From the IMG/VR virus record IMGVR_UViG_3300032310_000320, positions 1 to 64,000 of that record: a DNA stretch of 64,000 nucleotides. One strand, given 5' to 3'. A model generated the notes under the pieces. The model did no database searches, had not been told where the DNA came from, and saw only the letters and a program-made list of their open reading frames with translations. The DNA comes from a virus. Lineage: Duplodnaviria > Caudoviricetes. The position numbers and the translations under genes were made by a program. Of the stretch, positions 26,681-35,882 are shown piece after piece (position 1 is the stretch's first letter; every line of letters begins with the position of its first letter).

Positions 26681-27375
26681 TGAGTGTTACCTTTGCGTAA
26701 ATAGGTGCTTGTATCTTCGGGAGGCGGTAACCACGGTAAATTGAATTCAGTAAGAAGTCGTTTGTAATCTTCCTCGCCGTGTACCGCACCGATAAACGGA
26801 CTTAGCGTAAACGTATTAATGCCACCTTGCCGCAAAATATTGCGTATTTTGGCGGTACCTTGCCTGTACTCTTTGTAAACATCTTTGGGTGCCATTCCGT
26901 GAAACTTGACGTGTTGATCATGTCCGTGGTGTTCGCCTGCAAGATCTGTCATATCTACGCCGACCAAGAAAATGTTTTTAGCTCCCATCAACATTGCCAT
27001 ATGCATAGCCGTTTGCTGCACGCCACACTCGATAAATAATGTATGCTCTTTAGGCTTGTAAAACAAATCGTAATTTTTTTGCTCCGTGACAAACACGTAA
27101 TATTCGGGGTCATCGAATTTTAGATGCGCCATCGGTGCTTTTTTCTTAACAATCCATTGTGTGTGATTACGGGTGCGTGTCTTGTTGTACAGCTTAAGCA
27201 ATTCTGGATGCACCGTAATGCTGTATGTCAAAGTCCTGTAGCGCCACGCCTGATTTAATCCAAGCGTAATCTTGCCGTCTAAAATCTCTAAAGGGAATAC
27301 GCGCATGCTGGGGCCTGTGCCCACAATGTAAATATCTTGACCTTTGTGTTTGTTGTATAAATCAGCAATGTGCAT
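26677..27375 (-). CDS. DUF115/Maf-like (sialyltransferase-fold) transferase
   Basis: IYIVGTGPSM, LGLNQA and FLVGVDM motifs. Confidence 0.65.
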   Translation of the reverse strand: MHIADLYNKHKGQDIYIVGTGPSMRVFPLEILDGKITLGLNQAWRYRTLTYSITVHPELLKLYNKTRTRNHTQWIVKKKAPMAHLKFDDPEYYVFVTEQKNYDLFYKPKEHTLFIECGVQQTAMHMAMLMGAKNIFLVGVDMTDLAGEHHGHDQHVKFHGMAPKDVYKEYRQGTAKIRNILRQGGINTFTLSPFIGAVHGEEDYKRLLTEFNLPWLPPPEDTSTYLRKGNTQ

Positions 27376-27377
27376 GA

Positions 27378-28184
27378 TTAAAAGATTCCTAACTTGCGGC
27401 CGTGCCTGCCTTTGTCGTGCGTGATGTAACCACGCAACGCACTGTTCTCGACAACATCTGCGTTGCCGGTAACAGCTTCGGCAAGATCCACAGCACTGAC
27501 ACCGGGATCCAACAAAACCCTCTGAAGTTGCATACTGTCGTCCCAGCGATCTTCTTGTCTAAAGTCGCCGGACGTATAACGAGCAATCAACTTTTCCAAC
27601 AAAGCTTCGCCGTTGCCTTTAAGATTAAAACCAAAGACACCTGTTTCCATGACAGGCCGTTTGTTCTTAAGGTAAAACGCGTCTTTACCGTTAAACCAAC
27701 TATCAATGACTTGAGAAGAAACACTTGAAGTAAATACACAGTCGGCATCAATCCACAAGATGCTGGAATACTGCGTGTGCGTTTTGTGTCTCGCCAAGGC
27801 CACACGCAAAGTCACGATCTTACGAAACCAGCGCGCGGCATTGTAATTAAACCACGCGGCAGGACACTTAGGCTTATGGCTTTTACTGTTAGGGCCGTGA
27901 GGTCCCTTAGGGCACTTACACGTATTGTCAGATTTGCCACCGAATTGAATTGGAACGATGTCACTGTTTTTGTCTAACCACTGTTTGAGGAAATCATCGG
28001 CCAATACGTTGTGGTGTTGAAACAACGGTGACAAAGGTAATTGTTGGTAGTTAACGTGTTCCAGCCCCAACAGAAAATCAAATGCGTTCTCGTTCTGTAA
28101 ATAAGACTGCACCAACGGAATACCACTCTGATGTAGTATTCGGTCAGAGAAAGAAGTAACCCACAGCGGTTTAGGTCCAGCCAT
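27378..28184 (-). CDS. GT-A fold glycosyltransferase
   Basis: LWIDADCVF (DxD); METG..GFN; WDDS. Confidence 0.7.
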   Translation of the reverse strand: MAGPKPLWVTSFSDRILHQSGIPLVQSYLQNENAFDFLLGLEHVNYQQLPLSPLFQHHNVLADDFLKQWLDKNSDIVPIQFGGKSDNTCKCPKGPHGPNSKSHKPKCPAAWFNYNAARWFRKIVTLRVALARHKTHTQYSSILWIDADCVFTSSVSSQVIDSWFNGKDAFYLKNKRPVMETGVFGFNLKGNGEALLEKLIARYTSGDFRQEDRWDDSMQLQRVLLDPGVSAVDLAEAVTGNADVVENSALRGYITHDKGRHGRKLGIF

Positions 28185-28186
28185 GA

Positions 28187-28966
28187 TTACAATCCTTTGA
28201 TGTGCTCGAGATAAATAGGATGCAGCCCATTCGTGTTGCGCCAGTCTTCCTTAACGTTGAACTTGGCAACTGCATCCTTAACCTCGGCCTCTGTAATAAT
28301 TGCATTACGGTAAGCATTTTTAAATTCTTCTATCCACAAATACGCTAAGGGATGATCAGGTTTGTACCAAGGCTGTTCTGGCTCTTTGGTGTAATGCAAC
28401 AATGCCGTGGTGTTGGGATTGTAAACGTTTAAATGATTCCATTCGATTGGCAAAATTCCCGGGGCAGGTTGCATCCACTTGGCGTGCATAAAATCAGCAT
28501 ATGCTTGTTTGGTTGGATTCTTCTTCAACCAATCAAACATGTAACGGCGGCTCCACTCAAAATAATTCTTGGCCTTGAGACAATCAATCACCATGACAGA
28601 TGATTGTGGCCATGGCTTAGGATTGAACTTGTCGGGCTGATACGTCATAGCGGCTGAGGTCCTATCCTTCATGGCCTCAATGCCCATCTGCAACAAGCCT
28701 GCAATGTCCTTAAAGACAATCTGATCAGCATCCAGATAGATAGCGTGTCCTTGCCAATTACACGCTTCGGGAATCATCCATCTGCGCAACGAGAAACCTG
28801 TACCGACTTGAATACCTTCTGTTGCGTATTCCCATTCAGCGCCGATCATAGGTGTGAACGTGACAATCGATGCTGTGCGGCGTTGAATGGAGTGTTGAAG
28901 AACTTTGCGCGCTATTTCGGTCTTGGGCTCGGTGCCAATAAACACCTTGATATCCGGCATGCGCAT
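28187..28966 (-). CDS. GT8-like glycosyltransferase
   Basis: FSLRRW..P; AIYLDADQIV; EWNHL; LLHYT..PW. Confidence 0.75.
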   Translation of the reverse strand: MRMPDIKVFIGTEPKTEIARKVLQHSIQRRTASIVTFTPMIGAEWEYATEGIQVGTGFSLRRWMIPEACNWQGHAIYLDADQIVFKDIAGLLQMGIEAMKDRTSAAMTYQPDKFNPKPWPQSSVMVIDCLKAKNYFEWSRRYMFDWLKKNPTKQAYADFMHAKWMQPAPGILPIEWNHLNVYNPNTTALLHYTKEPEQPWYKPDHPLAYLWIEEFKNAYRNAIITEAEVKDAVAKFNVKEDWRNTNGLHPIYLEHIKGL

Positions 28967-28987
28967 TCTCCGTGGTTAAAGCGCATT

Positions 28988-29596
28988 TTACAATTTAACT
29001 ATGCGAACGCCAGATGACTTTACGGTTTTCTCAAACTCGTCAAACTGTATATCGAACGAACTGCGACCATTGGATAAACGGTCTTTGTTGTCAAATGCCG
29101 GGTTGTAACGCGTGCCGCCGTCAACACCTAATGTGTAAATTTCTTCTGTGTGTCCTGCGGCTACCAACAGATTGATTGCGGCTACGGCACTGAAATACCT
29201 AACTCTTATTACTGGGTAATCGGGATTAGGTTTTAAGGAACTGGTGGTACTGTTGAAGGTGTACACGTTTCCGGCGTCAGCGTAAGCCTTCCAATAAGCA
29301 CTTATAGAGAACAAGGCATCGAGAGAATCTTTGCCTGACTTGGAGTTCTGGTGTGGCCTCCACGGCAATATGACTTTAATGTTCTTTGCTTTAAGTTCAT
29401 CAAAACATTCTGCAAAGGCTTCACGGTCAATAAACAGAGCAGCAGATGGTGTCGTCAGCCTGAACGCATGATTAAGCGTTAAGACGTTAACAATGTCTGT
29501 GCTAAAGTTTTTGACTTTTTCGGATGTGGGGCCTTTGCCTACAACCAGCCAACTCTTAGAAGAATCTTTAAGCAAATCAAGCGCATTAAGAAACAT
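28988..29596 (-). CDS. DUF115/Maf-like transferase, second copy
   Basis: LVVGKGPTS, LTLNHA and YTLGVDG; ORF track 28988..29653. Confidence 0.55.
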   Translation of the reverse strand: MFLNALDLLKDSSKSWLVVGKGPTSEKVKNFSTDIVNVLTLNHAFRLTTPSAALFIDREAFAECFDELKAKNIKVILPWRPHQNSKSGKDSLDALFSISAYWKAYADAGNVYTFNSTTSSLKPNPDYPVIRVRYFSAVAAINLLVAAGHTEEIYTLGVDGGTRYNPAFDNKDRLSNGRSSFDIQFDEFEKTVKSSGVRIVKL

Positions 29597-29969
29597 TAGA
29601 TTTTTTCGGTGTAATACCGCCCTCATCCGCACGAACAATGTCTGAAGGGTCAAGACTTACCCAGTAGGTCTCAATCAATTCCACGTCCGTGATCGCCTCA
29701 AAACGGTGCTCCACATTGGCATGCACCGAAAACCTATCTCCGCAATTCAGTGTAACCGTTTGTATCTCGTTACCAGCGGCGTCGTACACAATGACTTTCA
29801 ACGTACCTTCAACGAGGTAGAAGTCATTAGCCTTGGCTTTGTGGTGGTGCCGGGAGCTGTAACCTCCCGCAAAGATTTGAGCATGGTGTACTTCAAAGTT
29901 GGCATCAGAAAAGATGCAACGATTAGTTCCCCAAGCTTTAGACAAGACGGGCACCGTAGATGCTTTCAT
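29586..29969 (-). CDS. Cupin-domain protein (possible sugar isomerase/epimerase)
   Basis: HHHKAKANDFYLVEG and VHANVEHRF cupin motifs. Confidence 0.75.
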   Translation of the reverse strand: MKASTVPVLSKAWGTNRCIFSDANFEVHHAQIFAGGYSSRHHHKAKANDFYLVEGTLKVIVYDAAGNEIQTVTLNCGDRFSVHANVEHRFEAITDVELIETYWVSLDPSDIVRADEGGITPKKSNVS

Positions 29970-30634
29970 GTCAGTTTATCCACACCTAATTGACGTACCC
30001 AACGTTGCATGATGCCGGCACGCTGTGAAACCGATCCACAACCTGCGGCGTGCAAAATGCGAAAACCCTGCGACGTAAAAAATCCTTGCCGCGTAAACGG
30101 TGCAACATTCCATGAATAGTCTAGATCAAATAACTTCTGGGCATATTCGTTTGATGGTTCCACAGACGCGTAAGGATAGACAGGAGGAATGCCTAATAAT
30201 TGCAATATAGTGTTTTGCTCCCACCACGCAGGAACAGCAGCTTCCACAGGTCCGGTAGCCCAGACAGCTTCTAGAAACGGTAAAGCTTCTTTGCGCAGAT
30301 ACCATACTCCTGCGTTAATTGCATTAGTGCCGTTAACGTCGCCATGCGTAACCATGGCTTGATGCATGACGTCAGGTACAGAAATGTCTTCAAAAGGATT
30401 AATGATGATAAGATCTGCGTCGAGCCACAACGCAACGTCGTAACCATCCCTGAAAGCTTCGATCAACCTAATGATCTTGTTCCACGCCGGAGGAAGAGTT
30501 GTTGCGTTGTCTGCGTGCGCGCGTATGTCGTATCCATGCTTATGCGCAAACACTTGAATAGACGGTCTGGCTATGTTGTACAGTTCTTCGTAGCCCGGGA
30601 AAGCCATGACAATTGTTTTTTTAAGTGTAGACAC
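29966..30634 (-). CDS. GT34 (GMA12/MNN10)-like glycosyltransferase
   Basis: WNKI, LWLDADL, NAGVWYLR and WWEQ; GTG start proposed at 30634. Confidence 0.75.
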   Translation of the reverse strand: MSTLKKTIVMAFPGYEELYNIARPSIQVFAHKHGYDIRAHADNATTLPPAWNKIIRLIEAFRDGYDVALWLDADLIIINPFEDISVPDVMHQAMVTHGDVNGTNAINAGVWYLRKEALPFLEAVWATGPVEAAVPAWWEQNTILQLLGIPPVYPYASVEPSNEYAQKLFDLDYSWNVAPFTRQGFFTSQGFRILHAAGCGSVSQRAGIMQRWVRQLGVDKLT

Positions 30635-30642
30635 AAAACACC

Positions 30643-33438
30643 TTATCGGGGTGAAGGTGGCGTCGCAGGGGTCGGCGGCAATTGACCAGTGTATACATTT
30701 GTCCGCGGGAGACTCAAGCCGTATTGACGTTGCAACCAAGGATTAGCCATGCCACCAAAATGAGGATACAAACCAGCACCAAGGCCGAGAGCTCCAGCAC
30801 CCATCATGTACGGACTACCCGCAAGCAAACCCACACCACCAAGACCAGCTGCACCCAACATACCGTAACGTTGCCACAAAGCTAATTGCTTTGGATCAAT
30901 CCCCATAGCTTCATAAATTGGATCTGTATAACTATTTATATAATTATGCGCCTTATTAAGTACGTTACTACTGACGTCAATTCCGTATTGTTTTAAAAGT
31001 TTACCAATGCCTTCTCTACTGGGTCGTTTAGTGCCGGGTTCAAATACCTCACCAAGACCACCTTCTTGAAATGACTTACGCAATCTATCAGTTTGTTCAT
31101 CTACTCCGGCAGCAGCTAATCGTCTAGCAAGCGCAGTCGCAAGCTGACCGCTTGGTTTTCTATTTTCATCAAAAATCGGAAGACCACCTTCTCGTGTAGC
31201 GTCGGCAAGTCTGTCTACTTGTCTAGTTGCATTTTTATCTAATATATCTTGCACATATTTTTGAAGTTTAGATTCACTTAAATTACCTGTGTCCGGATCT
31301 ATAAGATCGATTCCTCTTCCGTCGTTATTTATTTTTTTAAGTACATTAGCTAGAGCCGCAGCTGCCGCAGGTTCTGTCAGTTCTCTTAATTTCGGACCAA
31401 TCAATGCCTTAAAGCGCTCTTCATCTATTGTATAGCCAGGGCTAGCTGGATAACCGCCTCTTACTTCTAAAATTTTATTTTTTTGAGCATCATTTAATTT
31501 TTTAAATACCGCTTTTTCTTCTTCTGATATTGGTTGTGTTTTATCTTTGTCCCATGCGTAATAAAATAGTTTTGTTTTCTCGTCTTTAATTTTTGGTGCA
31601 TACCATTTAGTGAACAAATCTTGTGATATGCTTTCAGGAGGTCCATCTTTATGTGCTATAGTTATACTTTGCGGTTTAGTTGGTAGAAAAACCTTGCCCA
31701 GACCCGGCACCGTACGTTCTGCTATTTGCGGGATTGCTCGACTTCCCGTAGATGTCAGAACGTCCGCAGGTAATTGAATTAAATCGTCAGCTACCTGAGA
31801 TCGATACTTGGGTAATTGCCCTGACAATACTGGGGTAAGATCAGTCATAGCTTCTGTAAACCCAAGACCGGCGCCGGCCGCTGTCATAGGCAAAGGACCA
31901 ACAGATGTGGGTTTCGGTACATCGTAAAATCGGTTGTATCCAAATGCCTTGAACAATCCGCCACCAAATCCTAAATCGCGACCAAGTCTTGCAAATGTAG
32001 TTTTAGGCGGCAATGGTTTTCCATCTTTGTCGGTTTGTTCTCCTACAAGCTGTGCTACGCCTGTGTCTATACCCGTACCAATAGCTTGACCTCTGCCACC
32101 AAAAGCAAGACCAGTTGCAAGACCTTCAATTGTAGTTTGACCTGCGTTTTGACCTTTAGGTAATGCTTGTGTTTTTTGGACCATTCCTAACTCTGGCATG
32201 TGTTGTTCTTGCTGAGTCCACGTCTTACCACTCCAGCGAGAGTCGAGGAACGGCGCCGACGGTCCCGCATCTGGGGGCAACATGCGTTGTTTTGTAACGC
32301 TACTATGTTCGCGTGCCGTTGGCGTTATCGCAGACGCCGCACCACCCATAGTTGCGTGTGCAAGAATTTTAGGGATATACCAAGGACTATCTTTTTCATT
32401 TTCGTAAAATCTAGCTGCATTGTTTGCGCCGCCGGCGGCACCAAGACCACCCAATACTACGGTTTTACCTGTAATACCTTTATTTTGACTCCATAGATTT
32501 TTAGCTCCTTCGACTAAACCAGAACCATAATTTTTAATTACCTGAGAAATTGGCGTATCGGCTGCAATTTTTTTAATTCCTTGCATCAATTCTACAAAAA
32601 TAGATTGGTCAAAATCATTACCTACTTTAATCACAGCATTTGCAATTTGATCTAAGTTCATGCCATTGCTTGCACAAGTGTCTACAAACGTATTTGCAAG
32701 CAAAGCATCGTTGGCTTTTTTATGTTTAAACCTGTCTAAAGAAGCCCACGCATCAGCACCGGTCGCATGATCTTCCTTACGTTGCGCATATGTCAGGCCA
32801 TTCTGTTCGCCCATACCGCTGCGTGACGGTTTGGAATTATCTTGCTTTGATTTTTTGTAAAGCGCTGCAAATTTACTAAAAGCACTTATAGAATCTGATC
32901 CAATTTTGCCGCGTGTCATTAAATCGTTTTCGAGTTCCGCAATTGGAGCCTTATCCGGCATTGCGCGAGCACGTTCTCCATCAGAAACTAATCCCGCAAG
33001 AACAGATTGTTGTCTATCATCTGATCGTGTTCGTGCCCGCAATGGCTGCTGCCTCGGATTCATAGGAATAGGCGTAGGCCCGGGAGGTGGTGGTGGGGTC
33101 GGCCCGGGAGGCGCAGGCGGTACAACTGTGGCAGTTCCCGGTGTCGGAGGAAGTCCTGCCGGTCCGGGAACGGGAGCGCCACCCTGAGCAGACTTCAGCA
33201 TAAACAAAAGAGCAGCAGTCTTTGTTGGCTGAGTCATGGTTTGTACTCCAGTAGCGGTCGCCGGTACTGCTTTAGGTGGTGCAATTTTTGCGGCTGAATT
33301 AGGGTTTTGTTTGCCCGCAGTCGCCGCAGCTGACAAATTTTGACCAAGTCCCATTCCGGGCATACCCGAAACAGGACGCCCACTGTTGCCAAAAACAAAG
33401 GGCGACGTGCGATTAAAAGATGATGCGTTGTTAAACAT
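30643..33438 (-). CDS. Large putative virion protein (931 aa)
   Basis: Pro-rich N-terminus, KxA motifs (TKTAA, LKSAQ, KKIAA), several Gly-zipper segments including the C-terminus. Confidence 0.55.
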   Translation of the reverse strand: MFNNASSFNRTSPFVFGNSGRPVSGMPGMGLGQNLSAAATAGKQNPNSAAKIAPPKAVPATATGVQTMTQPTKTAALLFMLKSAQGGAPVPGPAGLPPTPGTATVVPPAPPGPTPPPPPGPTPIPMNPRQQPLRARTRSDDRQQSVLAGLVSDGERARAMPDKAPIAELENDLMTRGKIGSDSISAFSKFAALYKKSKQDNSKPSRSGMGEQNGLTYAQRKEDHATGADAWASLDRFKHKKANDALLANTFVDTCASNGMNLDQIANAVIKVGNDFDQSIFVELMQGIKKIAADTPISQVIKNYGSGLVEGAKNLWSQNKGITGKTVVLGGLGAAGGANNAARFYENEKDSPWYIPKILAHATMGGAASAITPTAREHSSVTKQRMLPPDAGPSAPFLDSRWSGKTWTQQEQHMPELGMVQKTQALPKGQNAGQTTIEGLATGLAFGGRGQAIGTGIDTGVAQLVGEQTDKDGKPLPPKTTFARLGRDLGFGGGLFKAFGYNRFYDVPKPTSVGPLPMTAAGAGLGFTEAMTDLTPVLSGQLPKYRSQVADDLIQLPADVLTSTGSRAIPQIAERTVPGLGKVFLPTKPQSITIAHKDGPPESISQDLFTKWYAPKIKDEKTKLFYYAWDKDKTQPISEEEKAVFKKLNDAQKNKILEVRGGYPASPGYTIDEERFKALIGPKLRELTEPAAAAALANVLKKINNDGRGIDLIDPDTGNLSESKLQKYVQDILDKNATRQVDRLADATREGGLPIFDENRKPSGQLATALARRLAAAGVDEQTDRLRKSFQEGGLGEVFEPGTKRPSREGIGKLLKQYGIDVSSNVLNKAHNYINSYTDPIYEAMGIDPKQLALWQRYGMLGAAGLGGVGLLAGSPYMMGAGALGLGAGLYPHFGGMANPWLQRQYGLSLPRTNVYTGQLPPTPATPPSPR

Positions 33439-33460
33439 AGCGCAATATAAACTCTTTTAG

Positions 33461-34264
33461 TTAGTCTTCATCGCGGCGTTTTTTGCGTCCCATCATGCGT
33501 GACACACCATATGCTCCAAGACCAAGACCACCAATACCTAATGCACCAAGCAAGTACGGGTTTATGCCAGAAAATGGACCAGACTCAGGCGCAGGCGGTT
33601 TAATTGCGCCAGCCGTAACGCCTGAAATTACACCGGGAAGTACTTTTTCTACTTGTTGACCTGCGCGCTGCGCCATACCACCCATTTGCGAAAATCCCGG
33701 TCCGAACGTCCGCGCAGCCGTAGACGGCGTGGCAGCTAAACTGGAAAGTATGCGGCTGAATGCAGCACTGTTTTCCGGTGTTGCAAGTGTGTCAAGTCCC
33801 GCAGGAGCTGGTTCTGCTGGTGGCGACATCGGCAGATCTTCAGGTACACCCATCTCACCCGGACCTTTAGCATTTTTTATTTGATTTGGTGGTTGTTTAC
33901 GGTTTTTACCAAACAATTTTGCTCTAGAATATTTCTCACGCATCAATTTATTGCCTTCCTTGACAGGAACGGCAAATGACTCAAATGTGCGTTTTTTATA
34001 TTCTGAATCGGCCGCACACTTGCAAAGATTAACTGCAAGCGCACCACGCTGTTCTCCTGACAACCGAGGAAACGCTACCTTGATAGCGTGATTTAAAGTG
34101 TTGCCACTAGACAATTCAGTTTGAATCGCGCGAAATGCTGCCCGCTTAGCCATAGGCAATGCGGCTGCTACCTTGGTAAGAAATGAGTCAAGCGTAAGCA
34201 ACGACGCTTGCTTTACCACAAATTGCCGCAAAAAAGCAGCAGTCTTTTCCGTAAATGTTGCCAT
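33461..34264 (-). CDS. Putative virion protein with multiple KxA motifs and C-terminal Gly-rich TM plus basic tail
   Basis: EKTAA, VKQAS, TKVAA, AKRAA, CKCAA in the first 85 aa; ends LLGALGIGGLGLGAYGVSRMMGRKKRR. Confidence 0.55.
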   Translation of the reverse strand: MATFTEKTAAFLRQFVVKQASLLTLDSFLTKVAAALPMAKRAAFRAIQTELSSGNTLNHAIKVAFPRLSGEQRGALAVNLCKCAADSEYKKRTFESFAVPVKEGNKLMREKYSRAKLFGKNRKQPPNQIKNAKGPGEMGVPEDLPMSPPAEPAPAGLDTLATPENSAAFSRILSSLAATPSTAARTFGPGFSQMGGMAQRAGQQVEKVLPGVISGVTAGAIKPPAPESGPFSGINPYLLGALGIGGLGLGAYGVSRMMGRKKRRDED

Positions 34265-34312
34265 GGAACGCTCCAAACTTATGGGAATATGCCGCCTAAC
34301 GAAGCAGAACGT

Positions 34313-35878
34313 TTATTGTACGCCAGACCCTTCCTCACGCAAAATCTGCCGGAACCGTTCATTCAAAGCTTCTTTACCCCGAGCCAAACCACTGATGATT
34401 TCGTCGCCAGTACGTGTGCGTTGCCACCCTAAAATCTTACCTAACGTGCTTGGTTCTTGCGACGAGCTAATGTACTTCTGGATCAATACGTTTTTCAATT
34501 CAGCGGGCAAGCCTTCATGTGAATCAAATCTTAATCCTCGACCTTGCGCTTGATTGGATCGAGATTCGTGCCAGTGCGGGTCAAGCAACTGAATAAGATT
34601 CGTACCCTTCGTACTAATGCCTTCGGCGCCAGCAGGGCCTATCAGCAATGCGCGTAACTTACCGGCATTGTATTCGTTCAATGCTTTCTTGCGCGCCTCT
34701 ACAGAAATACCCCCGTGAAAAATACCATAGGGAATTTGAGCTTTAGCTAATCCTGCGGCATATGGATTTAAACCTGCGCCTACAAAGTTTGAATAAACAA
34801 TTGCTTTCTTGCGTTCGTCCTTAGATAAAAACTCTTTAAGGCGTTTGGCCGCTTCCTGAAGTTTACCCGATTGTTCATATGCCTTGAGAGGATCTTTGTC
34901 AGCTCTAAATGGTTGCGTAGACAAAGATGATTGTCTTAGCCCTGTCATGAACGCATTGAGCTTGTTAACTTCTTCAGCCGACAATGGAAATTCTTGATCC
35001 AACTTCCACAAAAACTTTAAAGGAATTTTTTTACGGATAGCATCTTGAATTCTTGTCTGCTCTGCGCTCAAAGGTACGTTAACAATCTCTTCGTTGACGT
35101 TGACTCCCTTAGGTGTTTTGCTTGGCTGATAATCAATGTGCCCTGCAAGTAATTTACGCAAGTCAGCTTCGTTCTTAACAACTGTGCGTTCACCCGGCGA
35201 AATGCCTCGCAAGCTATTAAAAAATCCCGGGCTGACTTTTTCTGTGCCCATAAATCGTTCTTCAAACTGTTGCGGTGAAATGTCTTGGCCCGTCAACATG
35301 CTCAAAGGTGACGCTAGATCCGTAGGTGAATTAACAATAGGCGACCCGGATAGCAACAACAATCGTTTGGCTTTGGCTGCGGTATCTGCAATGGCGCGAG
35401 TAGCTGCTGATTGCGGATTGCGTAGCCTGTGGGCTTCGTCAACGATTAACGTCTCAGGTTGCAGCGCAAATTGTTTACCAAGGCCTAGCCCCGTGTAAGA
35501 CATAATCTCTGGTGTGCTGCCTTTTGTAAATTTATCAACTTCTTTAGAAAAGTTTTCACGCAAACTTGCAGGTGTGACAATCCCATAATCTTCGTTGAAT
35601 TTCTTCTTAGCTGTTTCAGCGCCAAGAATAGACGCTAACGACTTTCCTGTACCAAGACCGTGATACAGCAACATGCGAGGATTGTCAGTTGTTAAACGGT
35701 TGGCAACGCGTTGTTGGTGTTCTTGTGGTTCAATTTCTGACCGCATCGCAGCTATTTTGCCTAGCTGCCGTGCTGTCATCGGGTGGCTTTGATCTTCTTC
35801 TGGTTCTTCTTCGTTGCGGTTAGGTAAGAACCAGTTAGGGTCGTAGCTGCCCGGACGTGCTGCTTTCTTATTGAGCAC
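34313..35878 (-). CDS. SNF2-family (SF2) helicase/ATPase carrying the TAxxLG-KxA tag
   Basis: HGLGTGKS (I), DEAH (II), SGSP (III) and QAQGRGLR (VI); MTARQLGKIAA at aa 34. Confidence 0.85.
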   Translation of the reverse strand: MLNKKAARPGSYDPNWFLPNRNEEEPEEDQSHPMTARQLGKIAAMRSEIEPQEHQQRVANRLTTDNPRMLLYHGLGTGKSLASILGAETAKKKFNEDYGIVTPASLRENFSKEVDKFTKGSTPEIMSYTGLGLGKQFALQPETLIVDEAHRLRNPQSAATRAIADTAAKAKRLLLLSGSPIVNSPTDLASPLSMLTGQDISPQQFEERFMGTEKVSPGFFNSLRGISPGERTVVKNEADLRKLLAGHIDYQPSKTPKGVNVNEEIVNVPLSAEQTRIQDAIRKKIPLKFLWKLDQEFPLSAEEVNKLNAFMTGLRQSSLSTQPFRADKDPLKAYEQSGKLQEAAKRLKEFLSKDERKKAIVYSNFVGAGLNPYAAGLAKAQIPYGIFHGGISVEARKKALNEYNAGKLRALLIGPAGAEGISTKGTNLIQLLDPHWHESRSNQAQGRGLRFDSHEGLPAELKNVLIQKYISSSQEPSTLGKILGWQRTRTGDEIISGLARGKEALNERFRQILREEGSGVQ

Positions 35879-35882
35879 GGGC

